From: Escherichia phage AV117
Sequence record: OR352947.1
Direction: 5' to 3' (one strand)
DNA length: 64,000 nucleotides
Positions within the stretch are counted from its first letter, which is position 1, and every line of letters begins with the position of its first letter. Of the stretch, positions 1-9,562 are shown piece by piece. The position numbers and the translations under genes were made by a program. A model generated the notes under the pieces. The model made no database searches. It saw only the letters and a list, made by a program, of their open reading frames with translations, and was not told the DNA's origin.

Positions 1-531
1 AACCATACGATGAATCATTTTCTTCATCATCGAGATTTTATCTTCTTCGGTTGGACGTCCGAATTCGATAACTCGACAACGACTACGTAATGGTTCAATA
101 ATTCCATCGATGTTGTTAGCAGTAATAATAATAGAACAGTTACTAGAGAATTCTTCCATAAACGTACGAAGGTGTCGTTGTGATTCGGCGAGGCCACTAC
201 GGTCAAATTCATCAATAACAATAACTTTAGGCTTGCCTTCCATTGAGACTGAACGAGCGAATGCGGTTAACGGACCCCGCACAAAATCAATCTTACAATC
301 AGAACCGTTGACGAACATCATTTCGGCATTGATATCATTACATAATGCTTTTGCTACGGTTGTTTTACCTGTACCAGGAGAAGGAGAGTGCAAAATAATA
401 TGAGGAAGTTTTCCTTTAGATACTAAAGACTTGAATGTTTCATGGTCATACGCAGGCAGAATACATTCGTCAATGGAAGAAGGACGATATTTCTGTTCTA
501 GAATGTGTTCTTTGGAATTGATAGTAATCAT
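1..531 (-). CDS. 44: Clamp loader large subunit gp44 (N-terminal 177 codons; C-terminus lies beyond the window start)
   Basis: Translation from ATG at 531 reads MITINSKEHILEQKYRP... with Walker A SPSPGTGKTT and DEFD Walker B; sits downstream of gene 45 as in T4. Confidence 0.9.
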   Translation of the reverse strand, partial: MITINSKEHILEQKYRPSSIDECILPAYDHETFKSLVSKGKLPHIILHSPSPGTGKTTVAKALCNDINAEMMFVNGSDCKIDFVRGPLTAFARSVSMEGKPKVIVIDEFDRSGLAESQRHLRTFMEEFSSNCSIIITANNIDGIIEPLRSRCRVIEFGRPTEEDKISMMKKMIHRMV

Positions 532-606
532 GTAATTTTCCTCATTATCATTAAACTGGAGGATTTCTCCTCCATAATCGTATCACAATAAACGTAAAGC
601 TTTAAC

Positions 607-1293
607 TTAAAAGTCGTGAGTAGAATCGGCTTCCATCGCAATAACATAACTTACTTGAGAGCTTTCAAACTTGGCTGCAACTTTATCACCAGCTCCCCAC
701 AGCATTACTTTATAGTTACCTGGCTGGATTTTCATATTAGCCATATTGATTACGAAGTTAAAATTGTTAGAACCATCATAATCGGTAAGAGTCAAAGAAT
801 ACTTAGGACGGGTTAGTCCAGAATCTTCAACTTTATTATAGCCATTGATAACAATTTTACCATCTTTATTTGTAATAGCAATTGTATCAATCTGAAGACC
901 ACGTGAAACTCGAAGCAATTGTTGAAGGTCTTCAGCTTTAATTTCAGTAATCACAGAAGCCACTGGGAATTGAATTGGCTTATTAGGAAAAACAATGGTG
1001 CTCTTGTCAGCGGCAGGCCAATAAACCGTGGAACGTGTATCTGCAATTTTAATATTGCCATCGGTGTGCATTGAAATTTCAGCATCATCAGACACTAAAC
1101 TCAAAATGCTTAAGAAGCTATTCAAATCATAAAGTGCTACGTCAAAATCAATTTCATCAGAGATATTTGCTTCCGCATAAGTGGTGCCATTAACTGCACG
1201 AGTCATAATAAATTTACCTTGACTCAGCAGAATACCGGAGTTAATAGAGGCAAAGTTTTTCAGAATAGCGATAGTATCTTTAGACAGTTTCAT
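607..1293 (-). CDS. 45: Sliding clamp gp45
   Basis: 228 aa from second ATG (MKLSKDTIAILKNF...), preceded by SD AAGGAAAT; the longer ORF-track start is a TTG codon; length and sequence match T4 gp45. Confidence 0.9.
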   Translation of the reverse strand: MKLSKDTIAILKNFASINSGILLSQGKFIMTRAVNGTTYAEANISDEIDFDVALYDLNSFLSILSLVSDDAEISMHTDGNIKIADTRSTVYWPAADKSTIVFPNKPIQFPVASVITEIKAEDLQQLLRVSRGLQIDTIAITNKDGKIVINGYNKVEDSGLTRPKYSLTLTDYDGSNNFNFVINMANMKIQPGNYKVMLWGAGDKVAAKFESSQVSYVIAMEADSTHDF

Positions 1294-1335
1294 TTTATTT
1301 CCTTTCAAGACAATTCAAAGTTTATAACAAATTTA

Positions 1336-1752
1336 TTATGCAGCAACCATTTGCTTTTTAATAGCTTCAGGCAGTGATTCAATATATTCTGGAATTTTAG
1401 AAGCAACAATTTCGCCAGCTGCAATTAGTTGTTCGTCGGCATCAACACAGTAGAGATCTTCCAGACGCTCAGAACCATCTTTATCAAGAACGATTTTTCC
1501 GCCGGCTTCAATAGAATCTTTATAGTGCTTACGCATCAGATGAATCCACATATCAGATACATCGTTATCAATAAAACCATAAATCATAAAACGAGTTTCT
1601 TGTGGCAAAGATTGGAGTTTTTTAGCACTTGCGTCATCACAATGCAGGACCCATGCTTTACGAACACGATTATGGTTATGTGGGTTAGCGTCAGTACGGA
1701 TAGAAGTAACTTTCAGATCAGCAGCAGTGAAACCTTTAGCAGTAGTAAACAT
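1336..1752 (-). CDS. rpbA: RNA polymerase binding protein RpbA
   Basis: 138-aa ORF directly downstream of gene 45, the T4 rpbA position. Confidence 0.75.
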   Translation of the reverse strand: MFTTAKGFTAADLKVTSIRTDANPHNHNRVRKAWVLHCDDASAKKLQSLPQETRFMIYGFIDNDVSDMWIHLMRKHYKDSIEAGGKIVLDKDGSERLEDLYCVDADEQLIAAGEIVASKIPEYIESLPEAIKKQMVAA

Positions 1753-1764
1753 ATTATTTCTCTC

Positions 1765-1965
1765 TTATTCGTAGAAGTCGGTAACTGTCCATGCGGAATT
1801 GCGATTAGACATTATTTTATTATACTCATCTTTAAAAGCAGATTTGAGCATTTGTTCAGTAACAATATGTTCTTCGCCTGAAAACGTATTGGTCAAAACA
1901 TATTTTTTAATTTCAGGGACAACTAGAAGATGTTGTCCGGTTGAATACTCCATGTTGTTCTCCAT
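1765..1965 (-). CDS. Hypothetical small protein (T4 45.2 position)
   Basis: 66-aa ORF between rpbA and 46; start may be the internal ATG at 1953, which has a GGAG SD. Confidence 0.5.
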   Translation of the reverse strand: MENNMEYSTGQHLLVVPEIKKYVLTNTFSGEEHIVTEQMLKSAFKDEYNKIMSNRNSAWTVTDFYE

Positions 1966-2007
1966 TTAATTTGATGTGGTCATTATAACCACATCGTGTT
2001 AAAGCGT

Positions 2008-3696
2008 TTATGAAACAGTCATTACCGTAAATCGTCCAACTTTGCTCATCTGAAGATGTTGTCCGTACCGTTGAGGGTCATGGTCTCGATGGGAGATAAT
2101 GAACACATTAGTATTTTGTAAACTTCCAAGGATGGTATCTATAGCCTTAACAGCCTCAGAATCGACAGCACCATCAAAAACCTCATCAAGAATCAGAGTG
2201 TTGATTTTAACACCAGAGACCTTTTCAGCAATATCTCGCCATGTAAACAACAATGCGATATCGATACGTGCCTTTTCACCTTGACTAAATGAAGCATAAC
2301 TAAAATCTTCACGACCACGTGATTTTATAGATTCATTGAATTCTTCGTCAATAGAAAACACGTAATCAGCTTCCATGATTTTAAGATAATGGTTAATCTG
2401 CTTGTTGAACAGAGGCACATATTTTTTAATGATAGCACCTTTAATACCAGAATCTTTTAACATATCTGTGATAATACCACGATGGTATTTTTCAAGAACG
2501 ATATCTGATTTTGTTTTAATGATTTTATCAAGTTCTTTTTGAAGCAAAGCTATCTCATCGGCATGGTCGATAAATTCAGCTGAGGCTTGTTCTATTGCAG
2601 CTTTAACTTTCTTAGCTTTATCAATAGTGGCAATCATTGCTTGTTTCTTAGTACGAATATCAGATGCAAGGTCCTGTTTAGTCTTAACATTAGCTCTATA
2701 TTCGTCAACTAGGACACTCAGATTATCTCTGTGACATGTAAGTTGCTCGAATGAGTGATTACATTCGTGAAGCTTATCGGTAATCTTAGAGACAATAGGG
2801 TCACCCTGGTGCAACTGTGATGCGCAAGTAGGACATGTACCACCATCATGATACATCTTAATAACTTTATTATATGAGTCAATTTTAGATTTAATCAAGA
2901 ATGCTTCTTGTCCTATCTTGTTGAATGCCTCAGTAGGGTCTTCATCAAGAACGATATTAAGTAGTCGCTCATTAGCTTCTTCGATTTCTGCTTTTAATGA
3001 ACGAGCTTCTTTGGCTAGGTCGTCATACATATTCTGTAGACGCGCTACATTATCACCAGATAATTTCTTTTGACGTTCGATATTCTCGTTATAAATCTTA
3101 ATTTGTTGGATAATACCATCTTTCTTGGCATCGAGAACTTGTCCCTGGGAATTAAGTTCTCGAACTTGAGACTTATTGATTTTATCCATTTCAGCGAGTG
3201 TGCCGACTTCTAAAAGGTCTTCGACAAGTTTTCTGCGAGCAGGGGTGCTAAGAGCCATGAAAGGGGTATACCCTGCCGTCCCAAGCACAACGATTTGTTT
3301 AAAAGACGCGTATGACATTCCGATGCTACGTTCAAATTCTTCTTGGAAGTCACGACTGCTGGCAGATTCATCAAGACGAACACCGTCAACGGAGATTTCG
3401 AAAATATTGGGTTTTTGGCCACGTTTAATGAAGTATTTTTTACCATCGAATTCCATCCAAAGCTCAACTAAGAGCTCTTTCTTGTTCGTGCTATTAATGA
3501 TTTGCCCTTTCTTAACATCACGAAATGGTTTACCGAAAAGTCCGAAAGTAATGGCTTCTAACATCGTAGATTTACCACCACCATTTTTACCAGTGATTAA
3601 TGTCTTTTGGACTTTATCTAATTGGATGTCAATAGGATTCCCACCTACCGACATGATGTTTTGATAACGAACACGATTTAATTTAAATGATTTCAT
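2008..3696 (-). CDS. 46: Recombination endonuclease subunit gp46 (Rad50/SbcC-like ATPase)
   Basis: 562 aa; N-terminal Walker A GKNGGGKST, long coiled-coil middle, CxxC zinc hook (CPTC), C-terminal signature/Walker B LILDEVF. Confidence 0.9.
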   Translation of the reverse strand: MKSFKLNRVRYQNIMSVGGNPIDIQLDKVQKTLITGKNGGGKSTMLEAITFGLFGKPFRDVKKGQIINSTNKKELLVELWMEFDGKKYFIKRGQKPNIFEISVDGVRLDESASSRDFQEEFERSIGMSYASFKQIVVLGTAGYTPFMALSTPARRKLVEDLLEVGTLAEMDKINKSQVRELNSQGQVLDAKKDGIIQQIKIYNENIERQKKLSGDNVARLQNMYDDLAKEARSLKAEIEEANERLLNIVLDEDPTEAFNKIGQEAFLIKSKIDSYNKVIKMYHDGGTCPTCASQLHQGDPIVSKITDKLHECNHSFEQLTCHRDNLSVLVDEYRANVKTKQDLASDIRTKKQAMIATIDKAKKVKAAIEQASAEFIDHADEIALLQKELDKIIKTKSDIVLEKYHRGIITDMLKDSGIKGAIIKKYVPLFNKQINHYLKIMEADYVFSIDEEFNESIKSRGREDFSYASFSQGEKARIDIALLFTWRDIAEKVSGVKINTLILDEVFDGAVDSEAVKAIDTILGSLQNTNVFIISHRDHDPQRYGQHLQMSKVGRFTVMTVS

Positions 3697-3947
3697 ATGT
3701 ATTCTCTTCGAATGAAGTCCTCTACATATTTTAACATGTCATCTCTATCAGCAAAATATTCATCTAGTTCTGCATACATAACAACACCTGGTGCGTACTC
3801 ACAGGTAACGTACATTGTTCCAAAGAAACGAGGAGTTGATTCCTCGTAATTCTCAGTCCATTCAACGATACCAATATAACCATCACCAATACTAAACTCA
3901 TGACGATGGATTTCATAATCTGTCTTAGTCATTATATGCATCCTCAA
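3693..3947 (-). CDS. Hypothetical protein (46.1 position)
   Basis: 84-aa ORF translationally coupled to gp46. Confidence 0.5.
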   Translation of the reverse strand: MRMHIMTKTDYEIHRHEFSIGDGYIGIVEWTENYEESTPRFFGTMYVTCEYAPGVVMYAELDEYFADRDDMLKYVEDFIRREYI

Positions 3948-4176
3948 TACACGCTTCAGCCATTTTAAGAATAGAGCCAGGAGTATCGTTGTCCATTATA
4001 TTAAAGCTAAATTCAATAGCCCAGTCGGTGCAGACATGAACTGCTTTAACTTCATTGCCTTCAACGCGTAATGGCTCAATCCAATACTTGATAGTGTTCT
4101 CGAATCCATCGTCATCTTTAACGTCCATTTCAACTTCAAGGTTGAGTCCAGCATTGTTAAATTCATCTAAAGTCAT
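3925..4176 (-). CDS. Hypothetical protein (46.2 position)
   Basis: 83-aa acidic ORF overlapping gp47 stop. Confidence 0.5.
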   Translation of the reverse strand: MTLDEFNNAGLNLEVEMDVKDDDGFENTIKYWIEPLRVEGNEVKAVHVCTDWAIEFSFNIMDNDTPGSILKMAEACIEDAYND

Positions 4177-5192
4177 TGTGTTGCCTCAATATAAAGTTCG
4201 TTGGAATATTTGACCAGCGCTTCTCTGTCTTCGTCTGAGATATCTGGAATCGCGTCAATATATTCTTTAATGATATCTTGAAGTGATTTAATCTCGATTT
4301 CCTGGTCGTCATCAGATTCAACACTGTTATCAACTTTAGAAACCATACGAAGAGAGTGAACTACTTTTTCAAGTTCAGATTCAAACTTAGTCAACTCTGA
4401 ATCAATTTCTGATACTATAACACGTACGGCTAGATTAGTATAATCAGAATAATTGATTTTGCCTTTAAACGGATAAGTGATTCGTCGATGCCATGTTGTT
4501 TCATTAGGAATAAATTCCATACGTTCAACATCGGTGTCAAATACCCAGAATCCTCGAGGGTCGTTTTCATCACCTGCAGTAAGGGTCCATGGTGTCCCAA
4601 TATATTTGACGTTAGCAGCTTCAGAGATTGTGTGGAAGTGGCCGGACCAGACTTGTTTATAGGTCTTTAAGAAATCAGGTTCAAGCCCATGAGACTTCAT
4701 TCCTTTATAGAAATAAAAGCCATTCAGTTCCCAGTGCCCAACACAAAAAGAAGCAGATGAAGTTTTGATATGTTCAAGAATTTCACCAGTATTTTCTTCG
4801 CACATCCAAGGAATTAAATCAATCAAACATCCGTCAAAATCTACTGTAGTAGGCTTATCATATACTTTAACATTAGGATATTTAGCTAAAAGCTCAGTAG
4901 AAGCGTTTGGAGTTAAAGTATTTTTAAAGTGCATATCATGGTTTCCTACAACAGTATGTAGGGTAATACCAGCATCATCAAGCATTTGAACTATTTCACG
5001 TGCGAACTCCATAGTTTTATGCGTGATTGCTTTTCGCACATCAAAAATATCACCGTATTGAATCCATGTAGTAATTCCATTTTTCTTGGAATATTCTATC
5101 GCCTGCTTAATTCCATCCAACTGAATGGATTGAACCCACTCATCATCGGCTTTAACACCTAAATGCCAATCACCTAAATTTAAAATTTTCAT
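4173..5192 (-). CDS. 47: Recombination endonuclease subunit gp47 (Mre11/SbcD-like phosphoesterase)
   Basis: 339 aa; calcineurin-like motifs LGDWHLG, GDIFD, GNHD, GHWE/GHFH. Confidence 0.9.
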   Translation of the reverse strand: MKILNLGDWHLGVKADDEWVQSIQLDGIKQAIEYSKKNGITTWIQYGDIFDVRKAITHKTMEFAREIVQMLDDAGITLHTVVGNHDMHFKNTLTPNASTELLAKYPNVKVYDKPTTVDFDGCLIDLIPWMCEENTGEILEHIKTSSASFCVGHWELNGFYFYKGMKSHGLEPDFLKTYKQVWSGHFHTISEAANVKYIGTPWTLTAGDENDPRGFWVFDTDVERMEFIPNETTWHRRITYPFKGKINYSDYTNLAVRVIVSEIDSELTKFESELEKVVHSLRMVSKVDNSVESDDDQEIEIKSLQDIIKEYIDAIPDISDEDREALVKYSNELYIEATQ

Positions 5193-5235
5193 ATTATTTC
5201 CTCATTAGTTAATTCATTCTATCATCCGTTTATAA

Positions 5236-5264
5236 AGCAAAAAAAGGAACTCCGAAGAGTTCCT
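5236..5264 (-). terminator. Rho-independent terminator (hairpin AGGAACUC-UUCG-GAGUUCCU plus U7)
   Basis: Perfect 8-bp stem with UUCG loop at 5245-5264, followed on the minus strand by TTTTTTTGC. Confidence 0.6.
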
Positions 5265-5439
5265 ATCCACATAGTACACCGTACAGAGGCTCATTTGAAC
5301 TTTTAAATCGAATGGGCTTGTATGTAATAGTTCCTTCTGCTTTAGCTTTATCATGAGACTCTTTAAAACGTCTCATCATTTCTACTTTAGAGGAACGAAT
5401 TTTATTATAATCTATTTCAGAAGTCGGGATGTTCGTCAT
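5263..5439 (-). CDS. Hypothetical small protein (58 aa, below the ORF-track cutoff)
   Basis: Hand translation MTNIPTSEIDYNKIRSSKVEMMRRFKESHDKAKAEGTITYKPIRFKSSNEPLYGVLCG; stop abuts the terminator hairpin. Confidence 0.3.
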   Translation of the reverse strand: MTNIPTSEIDYNKIRSSKVEMMRRFKESHDKAKAEGTITYKPIRFKSSNEPLYGVLCG

Positions 5440-5478
5440 GCATAAGCACCTCTCAGAAAATGCCTAAATCAATTTCTC

Positions 5479-5700
5479 TCATCGTTTCCACCATTTCTTA
5501 ACTTGAAATGAATCAACCCACACGAGTTGTTTTGGGTCTGCCTTTACAATAGGCGGACAAATTTCTGTAATAGAACCGTCGTGATATTCCTTTTCAGAGA
5601 TTTTAACACAAAGAGGACCTCCCAATTTAAGGGTGAATCCTGCGTTCAGATTAAGACGTTTAAACTTTGTTTGAACTAGCGCCATTAATGATGTCCTCAA
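5479..5700 (-). CDS. Hypothetical protein
   Basis: 73-aa ORF; start ambiguous (M1 or M6), overlaps upstream ORF. Confidence 0.4.
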   Translation of the reverse strand: MRTSLMALVQTKFKRLNLNAGFTLKLGGPLCVKISEKEYHDGSITEICPPIVKADPKQLVWVDSFQVKKWWKR

Positions 5701-5983
5701 TAGCCTGACGAGTAGTAACCCACTGGATTTTAATTAACTTGTCATTATATGGTTGTCGTAGAATATCCCGAGATTTCTTAATAGCATATTCGTAAGCTTC
5801 GAAGTTGTTTTGAATTGCTGCTTCTTGAGCATGAGCATAAAGACGGTTTAGTTCAAAACGATTCTTTTTAAGAATCTTTTCGGATTTTTTACGTGCTTCA
5901 GCTTCATTTTTCTTTTGGATTTCTTGTAGCATTTTAGCTACTGCATCTTCTGCTTCTTTATTTTCAATAATCTCGGTAGTCAT
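5660..5983 (-). CDS. Hypothetical protein
   Basis: 107-aa charged, helical ORF. Confidence 0.5.
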   Translation of the reverse strand: MTTEIIENKEAEDAVAKMLQEIQKKNEAEARKKSEKILKKNRFELNRLYAHAQEAAIQNNFEAYEYAIKKSRDILRQPYNDKLIKIQWVTTRQAIEDIINGASSNKV

Positions 5984-5984
5984 A

Positions 5985-6200
5985 TTATCTCATTAAATTA
6001 AAATAAAAACGTCCATCCTCTTCAATACAGAACTCATACTCGACCGGAGTCCCATTTATCGAAAATGACACGTCATGTGGGTTCAAAGGGTCGATGTCAA
6101 AATTAATTTTAAATTCACGACCCAACAGTTTTATCAAATAAGGGATTGCTTCGTCAAAAGGTTCTTCTAAGTAGTTAGAGATGTCAATTGTCATCCTCAT
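5985..6200 (-). CDS. Hypothetical protein
   Basis: ORF-track start 6278 would overlap gp55 by 95 nt; internal ATG at 6200 preferred. Confidence 0.4.
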   Translation of the reverse strand: MRMTIDISNYLEEPFDEAIPYLIKLLGREFKINFDIDPLNPHDVSFSINGTPVEYEFCIEEDGRFYFNLMR

Positions 6201-6741
6201 ATAAAAAATCCAAACTAGGCGAATCGCTAACAACTTCCTTCTTTTCAGCCCCAGGAGCTTTATAAGCGGATTCTTCATAATGCGTCATTTTATCGTAGAT
6301 GTCTTGAATAAACGTTTCATCTACCAACGCTACCATATCATCGTCATGACTGTCGTAGACGTTATGAACGAAGTAACTATATTTCTTTGCAACTTCCTTA
6401 CGTTCTTTTTTGATACGTTGGACAAAAGCATTAAAACAAGCTCGAGTTATGTATGCATGTGGGTTATTGTACTTAGTTTCGTCGAAATTATGAAGTCCCT
6501 TAATAGAGGCTTCAATCCCATCTGCAATCATCTCCTGCTTCCAAGACTGGGTATATCCTGAAAAGTTGAAACGTTTGGACAGGCCTTCGGCGATAAGCAT
6601 AATTGCTAAACCGATGGTATCATTCTGACGAATAATTTTGTTTGGGTCTTTATTATTTAAGAGCTCCTTTTTCCACTCGATTATAGCGGCGAGAAGCTCT
6701 TTATTATTCACATAGTTATTTTTAGGTTTTTGTTCAGTCAT
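6184..6741 (-). CDS. 55: Late-transcription sigma factor gp55
   Basis: 185 aa, [24 protein letters not shown]...; length and sequence match T4 gp55; no alpha-gt gene between 47 and 55. Confidence 0.9.
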   Translation of the reverse strand: MTEQKPKNNYVNNKELLAAIIEWKKELLNNKDPNKIIRQNDTIGLAIMLIAEGLSKRFNFSGYTQSWKQEMIADGIEASIKGLHNFDETKYNNPHAYITRACFNAFVQRIKKERKEVAKKYSYFVHNVYDSHDDDMVALVDETFIQDIYDKMTHYEESAYKAPGAEKKEVVSDSPSLDFLYEDDN

Positions 6742-6770
6742 AAGTACCTCTTAGCTCAATTCATAGGTCT

Positions 6771-6806
6771 ATTATATCATAATATTTAGAGACCTATCTT
6801 AAAGCA
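6771..6806 (-). promoter_or_regulatory. Putative middle-type promoter of gene 55 (MotA-box-like TGCTTTA, TATAAT, flanking 8-bp inverted repeat)
   Basis: Minus strand reads cgTGCTTTAagataggtctctaaatattatgaTATAAT; spacing is ambiguous. Confidence 0.35.
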
Positions 6807-6813
6807 CGAGATA

Positions 6814-7083
6814 CTATCGGAGCAAACAATAAGCCTGAAACACTTTTTCCATTAAACGTTTGAACTCATGGATATCGATATAAAGCTCAGTAAGACCGGC
6901 ATTATAAAGAAAATCTAAAAAGTTCTCATGTGTTTCGTTATAGTCGCCTTCGTTTAATTGAGATACATGAGTTTCCCAAAAACCAACACCTTTAACGAAT
7001 GGAAAATACGTGACTTTCATGTATTCGTCAACATAAAATTCGCCCAGCTTTTCTTCAGTTATACTGATTCGAGTTAATTTCAT
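6814..7083 (-). CDS. Hypothetical protein
   Basis: 89-aa ORF. Confidence 0.5.
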   Translation of the reverse strand: MKLTRISITEEKLGEFYVDEYMKVTYFPFVKGVGFWETHVSQLNEGDYNETHENFLDFLYNAGLTELYIDIHEFKRLMEKVFQAYCLLR

Positions 7084-7307
7084 TCTAGTTCCTTTGCTGC
7101 TTCAAGAGCATCATCCAACGAATCAAATTGGTCAACGAAATCGATATTCAACGCATCGTCAGCCGTAGCATATAGCCACCATTGTTTGAATTCATATTCT
7201 AGGATAAATCCAAGCCCTTCAATCTGAGAAAGACCTAGGCTATTTGTACCAACTTCGTAACCAGCTAGACGCAGGTCATTAATCAAAGATTCTGTTAATA
7301 CGCTCAT
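7080..7307 (-). CDS. Hypothetical acidic protein
   Basis: 75-aa ORF, coupled to neighbours. Confidence 0.5.
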   Translation of the reverse strand: MSVLTESLINDLRLAGYEVGTNSLGLSQIEGLGFILEYEFKQWWLYATADDALNIDFVDQFDSLDDALEAAKELE

Positions 7308-7636
7308 TTTACCGCCTTAACAATTTTCAGGTCAACGAATTTTTTCTTACGTTGATTTTTCATACGACGGATAGTCTTTTCAGAGATTTCATGTTTCTGA
7401 TAAGCTTTAGATTCAACACCAAATGCAGCAACGTCAAATTCAGAAAGAATATATTGTACTAGAATTTCACGAATAGAATTACGTCCAATTTTCTGGTCGT
7501 GTTTTTGCATGATTTCATAAAGACGGAATTCCCATGCGTCAAGGACTTGAGGAGTAACAATATTGCCGGATTCCAGAAGAGCAACAACTTTATCGAAAGC
7601 GAAAGAATTAACTACGTTTTTGATTTTAGTAGACAT
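7304..7636 (-). CDS. Hypothetical protein
   Basis: Start moved to ATG at 7636 (MSTKIKNVV...) with SD GAGGAAAAT; ORF-track start lies upstream. Confidence 0.5.
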   Translation of the reverse strand: MSTKIKNVVNSFAFDKVVALLESGNIVTPQVLDAWEFRLYEIMQKHDQKIGRNSIREILVQYILSEFDVAAFGVESKAYQKHEISEKTIRRMKNQRKKKFVDLKIVKAVK

Positions 7637-7673
7637 ATTATTTTCCTCGGTTATTTTATTATCCAATGAGAGC

Positions 7674-7702
7674 ATTATACTCTGCTCTCAAGAGTTTGTG
7701 CA
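7674..7702 (-). promoter_or_regulatory. Early-type promoter in a palindromic cassette (copy A; near-identical copy at 37939-37967)
   Basis: Minus strand has TATAAT inside inverted repeat GAGAGCA/TGCTCTC; the 42-bp block 7658-7699 matches 37923-37964 at 41/42 positions. Confidence 0.45.
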
Positions 7703-7942
7703 TTATTCCGTGATAAGATAATGTAAATAGTTTGCTTGACGAACACTGATATCAACACCCATATCAAAGATACCTTTATAGAACGGGTATTTGTTTTCAG
7801 TAGAATCTAGACTAAAAGCCTTTCCACCACAACTAACGGTAATAGCATCAGTTAAAGTGTCATATACAAACTTAATAGTTGAGCCATTCACTACGACTTC
7901 AAGACGTTTTTTCGATGTAATAACGTCTAATTCTTGTTCCAT
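7703..7942 (-). CDS. Hypothetical protein
   Basis: 79-aa ORF; a palindromic promoter-like element (GATAGGAAGA...TCTTCCTATC) lies upstream at 7950-7990. Confidence 0.5.
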   Translation of the reverse strand: MEQELDVITSKKRLEVVVNGSTIKFVYDTLTDAITVSCGGKAFSLDSTENKYPFYKGIFDMGVDISVRQANYLHYLITE

Positions 7943-8005
7943 GATATTTTCCTCATTTTAAGACGATAGGAAGATAATAACACGTCTTCCTATCGTTGTA
8001 CATTA

Positions 8006-8218
8006 TTAACCGAACTTTTTAGCGCCTTTCCAGCCTTCATACATAGCTGCACAAGTCAGTAGTACAGCGTGCTGGCATTCTTTGTATTTGTAAATCCAGA
8101 ACCAACGTAAAAAGTCTTCGTCCTCAACGCCGTTGAGTTTCATATTGGCAAAGAATTCGGCACGTTCTTCACGAAGTTGCCATGACACAATATTTTCAGG
8201 ATTCATTTTGTGTTCCAC
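8006..8218 (-). CDS. Hypothetical protein
   Basis: 70-aa ORF. Confidence 0.45.
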   Translation of the reverse strand: MEHKMNPENIVSWQLREERAEFFANMKLNGVEDEDFLRWFWIYKYKECQHAVLLTCAAMYEGWKGAKKFG

Positions 8219-8344
8219 GTCCCATTTTCATCGATGAACTTAATCCAGTCATTTACAGACCATTTAGTTGTATCACCCTTTGGATTAACATTTAAAGTAT
8301 ATAATCCCTGCTTAAAAAGCATTCGTTTGATATTCATAATTTCC

Positions 8345-8665
8345 TCAACTGTAACGATAACATTCATTAGCTTTACGTTTGGCTTCAGTATGAGAAGTAT
8401 TATAATCATAATCTTCTTTACTGTAAACATCTTTTTTCAACTTACGAACTTCTTTGCGGAGTTGTCGATTCATTTCGTTCTTGACTTCGGAATCAACGCC
8501 TTTCATACGTTTCCATTTATCTGAGCGGAAAATGTTTTCAACCATGTCTTTGTGGCTAACACCGTCAGGAGCTTTACGTTTACCAAAATAGTCGTAATCA
8601 CGAACTTTCAAATCTTTACGACGATACGTTTTACCCATAAGTACCTCAGAGGTTGATTGATACAA
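8345..8665 (-). CDS. Hypothetical basic protein
   Basis: 106-aa lysine/arginine-rich ORF. Confidence 0.45.
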   Translation of the reverse strand: MYQSTSEVLMGKTYRRKDLKVRDYDYFGKRKAPDGVSHKDMVENIFRSDKWKRMKGVDSEVKNEMNRQLRKEVRKLKKDVYSKEDYDYNTSHTEAKRKANECYRYS

Positions 8666-8894
8666 TGCGTTTGATAAAATTCATTTCACTTACTGAAAGG
8701 TCTTTAAGACCGATTGATTCTAAACGCTGAGTAAGCGTCAACATTGGGATATAGTCCCATTGTGTTTTAGACGTTTGATAAGTACGGACGCCATTAGCAA
8801 TTTCAACATGCAAATCGGAAATGGTAACGAATACTGGACGTTCGTTGTTTACATTAAGAGTTAGAACAACTTTCTTTGAATCTAAACTAATCAT
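8646..8894 (-). CDS. Hypothetical protein
   Basis: 82-aa ORF. Confidence 0.45.
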   Translation of the reverse strand: MISLDSKKVVLTLNVNNERPVFVTISDLHVEIANGVRTYQTSKTQWDYIPMLTLTQRLESIGLKDLSVSEMNFIKRIVSINL

Positions 8895-9073
8895 GGCTTA
8901 ATTTCCTTCGCAATTGAACAGAAGATACCACGGTCACAAAGCATTTCACCAATTTCTGGATATTTGATTGAACGGTACCAAACATCCAGGCTTGAAACTC
9001 TGGTTATCTGTATTGCATTACCATTGACAGAATAGTACTGGTCGACCTTAATTTCTTTATCTTCAATTGTCAT
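8891..9073 (-). CDS. Hypothetical small protein
   Basis: Start at ATG 9073 (MTIEDKEIK...) with SD GAGGAAAAT; early promoter (GTTTAC) just upstream near 9100-9131. Confidence 0.4.
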   Translation of the reverse strand: MTIEDKEIKVDQYYSVNGNAIQITRVSSLDVWYRSIKYPEIGEMLCDRGIFCSIAKEIKP

Positions 9074-9223
9074 TTTATTTTCCTCTATAGTAGATGGTTT
9101 AATCTTAACACATCTATTGAGGATGTAAACTGTTTTATGAAAATATTTTCGATTTGAGAGGGGCACAAGGAGATAGTGAAGTGAAGATTCCAATGGATTA
9201 TATTAGAAATGAGATAAAGAAGA

Positions 9224-9238
9224 CCAGGCGGCACCTGG
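9224..9238 (-). terminator. Hairpin CCAGG-CGGCA-CCTGG immediately after the nrdH stop
   Basis: 5-bp GC-rich stem next to the TGA at 9239-9241; weak U-tract. Confidence 0.35.
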
Positions 9239-9562
9239 TCAATCTTCTATGATATCAGAGTCATATCCTAATGAAATCAAGGACTTTTTAAACTCTGCAA
9301 TATTCTTTTGTTTCTTATCATTTAAAAATATGACAGGATAACGAATATTAAGTGAAGTGAATCCTGCACGTTTAGCAAGAGATACGATTAAAGGACGGTC
9401 ATATTCAATCTTACCATTATTAGTGAGGACTTTATAAAATGTATAAGGAGCATTGAGCTCCTTTAAAAGTTTTGTAACAGTATAACATCCCGGACAACGT
9501 CCTACTTCTTCAGGGATGCCATAAATTTCAATCTTGTTCTTTAAGTTCGAGTTTTGTTCCAC
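9239..9562 (-). CDS. nrdH: NrdH-like glutaredoxin
   Basis: CPGC redox motif in ...IEIYGIPEEVGRCPGCYTVTKLL...; directly downstream of nrdG as in T4; no in-frame ATG near the N-terminus, GTG at 9562 proposed. Confidence 0.6.
   Translation of the reverse strand: MEQNSNLKNKIEIYGIPEEVGRCPGCYTVTKLLKELNAPYTFYKVLTNNGKIEYDRPLIVSLAKRAGFTSLNIRYPVIFLNDKKQKNIAEFKKSLISLGYDSDIIED

Noticed and set aside
110-403. Plus-strand ORFs lying antisense inside minus-strand genes (for example 110-403, 3176-3664, 37638-38111, 38240-38749, 39016-39473)
   Set aside because: They sit fully inside well-supported genes on the opposite strand (gp44, gp46 and others), have no SD, and are low-complexity; typical shadow ORFs.
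8203-8430. 75-aa ORF overlapping 8345-8665
   Set aside because: Overlaps the neighbouring ORF in another frame; only its 3' part (from the internal ATG near 8337) could be a separate small gene, which is not supportable from sequence alone.
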